From Terrimicrobiaceae bacterium (GTDB lineage: Bacteria > Verrucomicrobiota > Verrucomicrobiia > Chthoniobacterales > Terrimicrobiaceae): 24,000 bases of DNA. The notes beneath the pieces are model-generated. The model ran no database searches and was not told the DNA's origin. It worked only from the letters and a program-made list of their open reading frames with translations. The position numbers were made by a program, and so were the translations under genes. The DNA lies in NCBI GenBank assembly GCA_041752695.1, contig JBGSVZ010000127.1, positions 1-24,000 on the forward strand, in the 5' to 3' direction. Of this stretch, positions 15,507 to 21,275 are shown in pieces (the stretch's first letter is position 1; each line of letters starts with the position of its first letter).

Positions 15507-17105
15507 TCAGTCGGCCAGGGGATGACAAAGGCTGCGCGATTGATATCGCCTCCATTCGGAAAAGATCGTCCTCAAGGTATCCGCCCGATGACCAAGGCGG
15601 CGGTTCTCACTGGCAATGGCAAAGACAAGTTCCCATTGCTCGAAGAGGAGGCGATAGGCTTCCCTCAGCGATTTCGAGGCATCATAGGCGCTGGTGGCTT
15701 CCGAGGCTGCGCCATTGAGTTCGAGGATGGTGAAGCCCCGGCCGCACTGAAATTCCTCCAGCGATGCAAACCTCACGTCATAACGACCAATGAAAAAGCC
15801 GGGGACTTTCTGCGAAATCTCATCGATACGGGCCTCGAGTTGTTCGCTCCAAAGATGCATGCCGTCGCGAAAAATACAGCCTTGGGCGTGGTTGCCGGCC
15901 TCGACCAGCCGGAGGCTTTGGCCGAAGGGAAGAACCACATCGCACCGGTCCCGGAACCGGCGCAGATAGACGTCCGCCATCATGGCCGCCCGGGCATCAG
16001 CGCGGATGAGTTCCTCCACGCTCCGATGACCGTCGCCAAAGACCACCGGAAAAATTTTCTCGGTGATGGCAAAAATGCGGCCGCAGGGCTCGTGCGGAAA
16101 CCGGTAGTAGAACACTCCCGTTTCGTGCGGGCCGGGAACGTATTTTTGGGCAACGATCGGGACATTCACCGCCGCGAGATAGTTGCAGACATCACTCTCC
16201 GTTCGGGCAACCTTGAACCCGCTACCCCGCTGGGCCACATCAGGCTTGAGCACAAAGGGGAATTCCAGTTCCCCACGTTGCAGAAGATCCTCGATCGGTG
16301 CCATGCAGCCTCCCTCGATCAGGAAACTCGGCGCGACCCAATCCGGGCTGGATCGCTGAAGGTCTTGCAGCGTGGCGTATTTCGATTCGCCGATGAGCCC
16401 GCCGGTGAACATGCCGGGATTGGCGCAGGTGGGGAGATTAAATCCGCGATACTTGACCGACAGCCGCAGGTACTGGAACGCAACGGGAAGGTAGAACAAC
16501 CACGCTGGCCAGAACTCCCATTGCAGCCAGCGCTGCACCCACGGAGCACGATGAAGGGCCCCGGTGATTTTTCCGCGGAAGGGGATCAGGACGGACAGAA
16601 CAAGAATGAGCAGACCAACCCACGCCCCGTGGCGGTGGAGGGCATGAAAAAGTTCCGGTGCGGCTTTTCCCAGTTGGCCGACGAGCCAGAAGCCTCCCGC
16701 CACCCAGAGTGCGGCCAGGAGACCGGTGATACCGGCAAAAAACAGCACCGGCATCCGCAGCAGCCCCGCGGTGAGGTAGGTCGGCAGACGGGTGCCGGGA
16801 ATGACCCGGCAAATTACCAGGGAAAGGAGTCCATGGCGGCTAAACCAGGCTTCGCTTTGCGCAAGCTTTTCCATGGTGCGGTCGTTCTTCCCCCAAAGCC
16901 GGTTGACCAACGGCCGGCCAAATTGCCGGGCAATGAAATAGAGCCCGACATCCCCCGCCCAGATACCAAGGAAACAGGCGACGAAGGCGGGCCTCGCGGC
17001 CATCATGTTCATCGAAGCGAGAAACCCGCCGCTCAAAACCGCCGCGTCCTCGGAGAGAAACGTGAAAAAGAAGAGTCCGGCAAAATACCAGGCGTCCGGT
17101 TCCAT
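15507..17105 (-). CDS. Membrane fusion protein: DedA/VTT (SNARE-associated) domain plus C-terminal ATP-grasp ligase domain
   Basis: 532 aa.
- The N-terminus has FLSEDAAVLSGG and GIWAGDVGLYFIARQFGRPLV...CRVIPGTRLPTYLTAG, the DedA/PF09335 pattern, plus further TM helices.
- The C-terminal 300 aa or so have ATP-grasp features: FPFVLKPDVAQRGSGFKV, IVAQKYVPG, FPVVFGDGHRSVEELI, and FTILELNGAASEATSAYD. Confidence 0.7.
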   Translation of the reverse strand: MEPDAWYFAGLFFFTFLSEDAAVLSGGFLASMNMMAARPAFVACFLGIWAGDVGLYFIARQFGRPLVNRLWGKNDRTMEKLAQSEAWFSRHGLLSLVICRVIPGTRLPTYLTAGLLRMPVLFFAGITGLLAALWVAGGFWLVGQLGKAAPELFHALHRHGAWVGLLILVLSVLIPFRGKITGALHRAPWVQRWLQWEFWPAWLFYLPVAFQYLRLSVKYRGFNLPTCANPGMFTGGLIGESKYATLQDLQRSSPDWVAPSFLIEGGCMAPIEDLLQRGELEFPFVLKPDVAQRGSGFKVARTESDVCNYLAAVNVPIVAQKYVPGPHETGVFYYRFPHEPCGRIFAITEKIFPVVFGDGHRSVEELIRADARAAMMADVYLRRFRDRCDVVLPFGQSLRLVEAGNHAQGCIFRDGMHLWSEQLEARIDEISQKVPGFFIGRYDVRFASLEEFQCGRGFTILELNGAASEATSAYDASKSLREAYRLLFEQWELVFAIASENRRLGHRADTLRTIFSEWRRYQSRSLCHPLAD

Positions 17106-17111
17106 GACGCC

Positions 17112-17642
17112 TCAGGCCGCCAGGCGGGCCGTTTTTTGAAGGTGTTGGATCGTCGAAGGCGCGACCCCGAATCCCTCCGGCAGCGCCACCTCCAACAAGC
17201 CGCCCATCACGCCGATGAGAGCGTAGTGATGGATGGCATGGACGGTGCAAAACATCAGCTCGCGGCCCACGGTCGAGGCCGCCATGGGAGAGTCAACCGC
17301 AGAATAGGAAACCTGGCTCCGGGCCCACACAAAACGATCCAGCCCGGCTTCCGGCATCTCGCCGGCTTTGCGGCGAAGTTCCCGGGTTTTGGCCAGCGCC
17401 ACCTCCCGTTCGGTCTCGATGCGCGGATCGCGCTTGCGGGCATCGTAATCGGCCACCTCGTCCTCAAGGCCATCGAAAACACAGCAAAAATGATCCAGAC
17501 AGTGCCGGTAGTGACCCCCAATGGAGGCATGGAACGCGGCCGGGACCTTGATCATGTAGGCCGCATCATCGAGAGCCACCAAAAGCGTTTCGCCCTGTCC
17601 GAGGATCTCCCGCACTGCGTTGAGAATGATGGACGAATTCAT
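17112..17642 (-). CDS. DinB-family (DinB_2-like) four-helix-bundle metalloprotein
   Basis: The start was taken at ATG 17642, which forms an ATGA overlap with the DoxX stop (MNSSIILNAV...). The His triad signature is IGGHYRHCLDHF and VHAIHHYALI. The gene ends 6 nt before the next start. Confidence 0.65.
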   Translation of the reverse strand: MNSSIILNAVREILGQGETLLVALDDAAYMIKVPAAFHASIGGHYRHCLDHFCCVFDGLEDEVADYDARKRDPRIETEREVALAKTRELRRKAGEMPEAGLDRFVWARSQVSYSAVDSPMAASTVGRELMFCTVHAIHHYALIGVMGGLLEVALPEGFGVAPSTIQHLQKTARLAA

Positions 17643-18046
17643 TTCGCGATCAGATTCCCGACTAGGGGAATCGTGCGGCGGTAGATCAAAAGAAGAACGG
17701 CGCAGCACACGGCAACCACCAACGCCAGTCCGAAGAGCAAACCGTGATCGCCCTGCACCTCGATGCCAAGCACGGTCAGGTGACTCATGATGGCGCCTCC
17801 GATCACGCCCAGCGCGAGGCCCGCCCCGAGCCAGGTCAGACCCGGCCAGAACAGCAGAATGGCGGCAATCAATTCAACCACCCCTGATCCGATGCGACCC
17901 CAGGGTTCGAGACCGACTTTGGTGAAGATATACACGGACTCCGGAGCGGAGGTGAATTTGAAGAACAAGGTCTGCAGCAGGATGACGGCCGCGACGATCC
18001 GGCAGATCCAGGCCAGGACCACTTCGGTTTTGTTGAGTTCATGCAT
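17639..18046 (-). CDS. DoxX family membrane protein
   Basis: 135 aa with four TM helices. RIVAAVILLQTLFFKF, GSGVVELIAAILLF and GGAIMSHL fit the DoxX pattern. Confidence 0.75.
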   Translation of the reverse strand: MHELNKTEVVLAWICRIVAAVILLQTLFFKFTSAPESVYIFTKVGLEPWGRIGSGVVELIAAILLFWPGLTWLGAGLALGVIGGAIMSHLTVLGIEVQGDHGLLFGLALVVAVCCAVLLLIYRRTIPLVGNLIAK

Positions 18047-18055
18047 AGGTTTCCG

Positions 18056-18085
18056 ATTCGTCGGACGTCCCAGGCATTCCTTACA
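18056..18085 (-). promoter_or_regulatory. Regulon motif site D (upstream of the DoxX operon): TGTAAGGAA-N11-TCCGAC-GAAT
   Basis: Same motif. It ends 9 nt before ATG 18046. The downstream half forms the dyad TCCGA-CGAA-TCGGA (18052-18065). Confidence 0.6.
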
Positions 18086-18103
18086 GGGGAGCCGCAGAAT
18101 CTT

Positions 18104-18844
18104 CTATTTCTCCAGCCAGCCGCCGACAGCCTGTAGGGGAGCCAGGCTTTGTGGGGAGTGCACCCACACGGCCAGGGCGGAAAGGGGAGCGGCTGCTTTC
18201 TCGGGAAGCACAAGTTGCGCGGTGTATTTGCCGGCAGCAGAGGCAACCATTTCCGACTGCACGAAACCCAGCGCCAGGAAATTGTGCTGCAAAATTTTTC
18301 CCGCATTCTCACCACGCCGGACTTCGGTGCCCACGCCCTGCCCCAAGGGGACGAGCGCAACCGTCAGCGGGCCGTTGACTCTTCCAGCCGGGATGAAGGA
18401 GACATCGACCGTCCCGTCATCGCTCACAGTGACGCGGAGCCGCCCGGCTTTTTCCTTCGAGGGGGCTGGCAGTGCACCGCTCCTCCGCCATTCCGCGCCG
18501 TTGAGCACGAATTCCGGCGTGTAGATGGTGGACGCGTTCCATTCCTCACCGTAGGCCCGTTGGCGCTGGGTGAATTCCGCGGAGGCGAACCGGTCGGGCC
18601 AGCCGAGCGAATCCCAGTAGTCCACATGAAACGCAACGGGAACAAACTCCTTCCACAGGCCAGATTGGTCCTTGAGACCGCCCAGCCACGCTTCCGCTGG
18701 CGGGCAACTGCTGCACCCCTCCGAAGTGAAGAGCTCCAGAAGGGCAACCCGCTCCTCCGGACTCTCCAGAACGGCCGCGCTGCGGGCCTTTCCGACGCAC
18801 ACGGTCAGGACGGCGAGGGCGAGGAGGGAAAATGCAGGGTGCAT
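18104..18844 (-). CDS. DUF1223 domain protein (secreted, thioredoxin-like CxxC)
   Basis: 246 aa with a signal peptide. LELFTSEGCSSCPPAEAWL, FHVDYWDSLGWPDRF, FTQRQRAY and IYTPEFVLNG match the DUF1223 family signature. Confidence 0.85.
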   Translation of the reverse strand: MHPAFSLLALAVLTVCVGKARSAAVLESPEERVALLELFTSEGCSSCPPAEAWLGGLKDQSGLWKEFVPVAFHVDYWDSLGWPDRFASAEFTQRQRAYGEEWNASTIYTPEFVLNGAEWRRSGALPAPSKEKAGRLRVTVSDDGTVDVSFIPAGRVNGPLTVALVPLGQGVGTEVRRGENAGKILQHNFLALGFVQSEMVASAAGKYTAQLVLPEKAAAPLSALAVWVHSPQSLAPLQAVGGWLEK

Positions 18845-18853
18845 TTTTTTTCG

Positions 18854-19300
18854 TTATTTCCCCTTTTTCTCCACGAGGGAGGGCCAGTTCGTGTCAGCCT
18901 TCTTGAGGTTTCCGGCACTATCCTTGCTGAAGTCTTTCCTTACTCCGAGGCTGTATTGCAAAAGCAGGCGGCCATCAACGATCTGGAACGCGTTCGGGTC
19001 AATCGAAGCGGAGTAGCCCTGGGACACGGCCCAGGCGCAGAAGCCACCGAATTGGGGTTCGTATTTCGCGGGATTCGCATCGAAGGCGGCCTTGTGCTCG
19101 GCCGTCGCGAAATAATAGATCACCCCGTTGGCGCTGCTCTGAAATTTGGGGTCGCCTTTCACGGCCTTGTTGTCGGTGAAATACGCGACCGGGTCGTAAC
19201 CCTTGATTCCCACTCCGCTTCGGTCGGTATTGACGAGGTCCTTGCCCAGGGCAAAGGGAGCAAGAGCGATGAGCACTGCAATGATGAGATAATTTTTCAT
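18854..19300 (-). CDS. YHS domain-containing secreted protein
   Basis: 148 aa with a signal peptide. GYDPVAYF, YYFATAEHKAAFDANPAKYEPQFGGFCAWAV and DGRLLLQYS match YHS-type proteins. It lies 9 nt upstream of the DUF1223 gene. Confidence 0.85.
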   Translation of the reverse strand: MKNYLIIAVLIALAPFALGKDLVNTDRSGVGIKGYDPVAYFTDNKAVKGDPKFQSSANGVIYYFATAEHKAAFDANPAKYEPQFGGFCAWAVSQGYSASIDPNAFQIVDGRLLLQYSLGVRKDFSKDSAGNLKKADTNWPSLVEKKGK

Positions 19301-19305
19301 TTCCC

Positions 19306-19335
19306 ATTGGTCGGACAGCCAACGGTTTCCTTACA
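19306..19335 (-). promoter_or_regulatory. Regulon motif site E (upstream of YHS-DUF1223): TGTAAGGAA-N11-TCCGAC-CAAT
   Basis: Same motif. It ends 5 nt before ATG 19300. Confidence 0.6.
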
Positions 19336-19347
19336 AACCGCTGCAAT

Positions 19348-19668
19348 TCAGTGGCCCTCGTTCCGTAAGGCCTGCTTGAGCCGCTCTTGCGCGGCGGGTG
19401 AAAGGCCCCCGCCTTGCTCCAGGTGTTTTGGTAATTGGCTGATGGCCTTACCCAGAAAATCGATCTGCCGAAGGTAGCGGGCGCAGAACTTGCAAAACAT
19501 CCGGTGGAGGTGAAGCCGGAATCGCAATACGGGAGGAAGCTTTCGGTCGCGTCCCTCAGAAGTCAGCCTCACCACCTCATGGCAATCGGGCGTGATCAAC
19601 CAGATCAGATCGGCCAAGGCGCTTCTGATTCCACGGGGTTCATGATGCGTGTCGGGAGGATGAGGCAT
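19348..19668 (-). CDS. Zinc-binding anti-sigma factor (ZAS, zf-HC2 type), soluble and RsrA-like in size
   Basis: 106 aa. The spacing C29-x25-H55-x3-C59-x2-C62 (PDCHEV ... HRMFCKFC) is the ZAS signature. There is no TM segment. It lies directly downstream of the ECF sigma gene. Confidence 0.75.
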   Translation of the reverse strand: MPHPPDTHHEPRGIRSALADLIWLITPDCHEVVRLTSEGRDRKLPPVLRFRLHLHRMFCKFCARYLRQIDFLGKAISQLPKHLEQGGGLSPAAQERLKQALRNEGH

Positions 19669-19675
19669 CGCACTA

Positions 19676-19705
19676 TTTCGTCGCGTTCAGGCGCAATTCC
19701 TTACA
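19676..19705 (-). promoter_or_regulatory. Regulon motif site F (upstream of the anti-sigma gene): TGTAAGGAA-N11-CGCGAC-GAAA
   Basis: Same motif. It ends 7 nt before ATG 19668, in the 122-nt gap between the sigma and anti-sigma genes. Confidence 0.55.
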
Positions 19706-19790
19706 TCCCGATCCTGCGGAGCATGACATTTCGGGGTGTCAACCGTGATGAACGTCACCAGCTTCTCCTTCCACCAATGATCCGGCTCAA

Positions 19791-20412
19791 TCACAGCTGG
19801 CGTCCGCCCTCTCCCCCAAAGTAGCCCAACTCCAGGCAAAGCCGCAACGCCAGGCGGGCCCGGTGCAGCATGACCCAGAGGTTCGATTCGCTGACGTTGA
19901 GAGTGGCGCAGATCTCCTTGCTCGGAACATCATCCATCTCACGCATCATAAAAACCTGCGCGGTTGGCCCGGGGATCTTCTGCAGGCACAGTTGCAGAGC
20001 CTGCCAGAATTCGTTCCGTTTGAGCGCCTCCTCACCTTCGGGGCTTCCAATCGGTGGGTCCGCGCTCGTGGATCCAATAATCCTCGCCGTCGAAACGGTC
20101 GGAGTGTTCGTCCTTGAAAAATTCCAGATCGGTGAAACTCGTTTCGCGTCCGAGTTTGCGGAAGTGGTCACAGATCTTGTTTTTGAGGATTCCCACCAGC
20201 CAGCTCCGCACACCCGACCGGCCCGCAAAACGTTCCTGCGAGCGCACCGCTGCCAGGAGAGTGTCTTGCACAAGATCTTCCGCCAGAGTCCCGTTACGCA
20301 CCCGAATGAGGGCATAGCGGTAAAGGCAGTCACCGTGTTCGTCCACCCATTTTTCGGGATCCGCATCTGCCGGACTCGAGCCGGGCTGCTTGAGATGATT
20401 GGAAATTTCCAC
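19791..20412 (-). pseudogene. ECF-type RNA polymerase sigma-70 family factor, interrupted by a single-nucleotide frameshift (or a sequencing error)
   Basis: Region 2 (DLVQDTLLAAVRSQERFAGRSGVRSWLVGILKNKICDHFRK) is in ORF 20032-20412, which has a GTG start. Region 4 (FWQALQLCLQKIPGPTAQVFMMREMDDVPSKEICATLNVSESNLWVMLHRARLALRLCLE) is in the +1-shifted frame of ORF 19791-20525. The frames meet at the coding-strand sequence AAG CCC CGA AGG TGA, where the + strand reads GGGG at 20041-20044. Deleting one C gives a continuous ...DWKPEGEEALKRNEFW... protein of about 206 aa. Confidence 0.75.
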
Positions 20413-20468
20413 GGTGACAGACAGACCGTTTTCTTATCGGGGCTCCAGAGGCGTGAAAAGAAGATTTC

Positions 20469-20498
20469 TGTAAGGAATCGCCTGACCTCCCGACCAAA
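20469..20498 (+). promoter_or_regulatory. Regulon motif site G (upstream of the olsB-like gene): TGTAAGGAA-N11-CCCGAC-CAAA
   Basis: Same motif on the + strand. It ends 6 nt before ATG 20505, in the divergent region shared with the sigma gene. Confidence 0.6.
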
Positions 20499-20504
20499 CG
20501 GGCA

Positions 20505-21275
20505 ATGATCGCGCTCCGCCCGCACCTTCTCTCCGGACTATTTTCCCGGCGGCACTACCAGGTGCGCTTCGCCAAAACGCGCGATGAGGTTGAGGCGGCG
20601 TTGCGGTTGCGATTTGCCGTCTTCAATCTCGAACTTCACGAAGGATTGGTTTCCTCCTACGCCAGCGGGCTCGACGAAGACGAATTCGACGCCGTCTGCG
20701 ATCACCTCGTCGTTTGTGAAGAACCCAGCGGCGAGGTGGTTGGCACCTACCGCCTGCAAACCGGGGCCATGGCGGCACAGAATCTCGGCTACTATAGCGC
20801 CCGTGAATTTGATTTCTCGCCCTTCGAACCGGTGCGGCATTCTCTCGCGGAACTCGGCCGGGCCTGTGTCCACAAAGACCACCGAAACCTGACCGTCATC
20901 AGTCTGCTCTGGAGGGAGATCGTCCGCTACGCTGTCGCCCGAAAAGCGCGCTACCTGATTGGGTGCAGCTCGCTGACCTCGCAAGATCCAGCGTTTGGTC
21001 TAGCGATGTACCGGCGACTGGCGGAAAAACATCTGGCGGACCTCACTTTTCAGACCAGACCGCTCCCGGAGTTCGCCATGACCGGCAGCCCGGCGCTCGG
21101 GGATTGTCCGCCTCCGCCCAAATTGCTCCGGGCTTACCTCAATGTAGGCGCGAAAATCTGCGGCCCACCCGCGCTGGACCGGGAATTCCAGACGATAGAT
21201 TTTCTCACCCTGCTCGACTGTGACAACGGGTCGCCCGTTGCGATCAAACATTTCCTCACCCTTCACAACTCGTGA
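20505..21275 (+). CDS. olsB: GNAT-family N-acyltransferase, OlsB-like (acyl-ACP:amino acid N-acyltransferase of aminolipid synthesis)
   Basis: 256 aa. ALRLRFAVFNLEL, DEDEFDAVCDHLVV, VVGTYRLQ, YYSAREFDF, ELGRACVHKDHRN and YLIGCSSL follow the OlsB / hemolysin-like Acetyltransf_5 pattern. It has a GTGA overlap with the downstream acyltransferase. Confidence 0.75.
   Translation: MIALRPHLLSGLFSRRHYQVRFAKTRDEVEAALRLRFAVFNLELHEGLVSSYASGLDEDEFDAVCDHLVVCEEPSGEVVGTYRLQTGAMAAQNLGYYSAREFDFSPFEPVRHSLAELGRACVHKDHRNLTVISLLWREIVRYAVARKARYLIGCSSLTSQDPAFGLAMYRRLAEKHLADLTFQTRPLPEFAMTGSPALGDCPPPPKLLRAYLNVGAKICGPPALDREFQTIDFLTLLDCDNGSPVAIKHFLTLHNS

Noticed and set aside
14480-17105. ATP-grasp ligase plus nearby small peptide as a graspetide/microviridin-type RiPP locus
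   Set aside because: The peptide has a Sec signal peptide rather than a RiPP leader, and it has its own promoter. The ATP-grasp enzyme is fused to a polytopic membrane domain, unlike known graspetide ligases. This is kept only as a remote alternative under the operon finding.
15477-17684. 735-aa ORF on the + strand, one of the longest ORFs in the region
   Set aside because: It lies antisense to three minus-strand genes that have clear domain signatures (DinB-like, DedA plus ATP-grasp, NRDE) and tight start/stop coupling. Its translation is Arg/Gly/Pro/His-rich and low in complexity, with no recognisable motif. It is a typical shadow ORF of high-GC DNA.
18919-18944. Eighth possible motif copy, AGTAAGGAA-N11-AGGATA, inside the YHS gene about 75 nt upstream of the DUF1223 start
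   Set aside because: The upstream half matches 8/9 but the invariant CGAC half is missing. It is treated as a chance partial match, though a weak internal promoter cannot be excluded.
18149-19477. 442-aa + strand ORF
   Set aside because: It lies antisense to the DUF1223, YHS and anti-sigma genes, each of which has family signatures and signal peptides.
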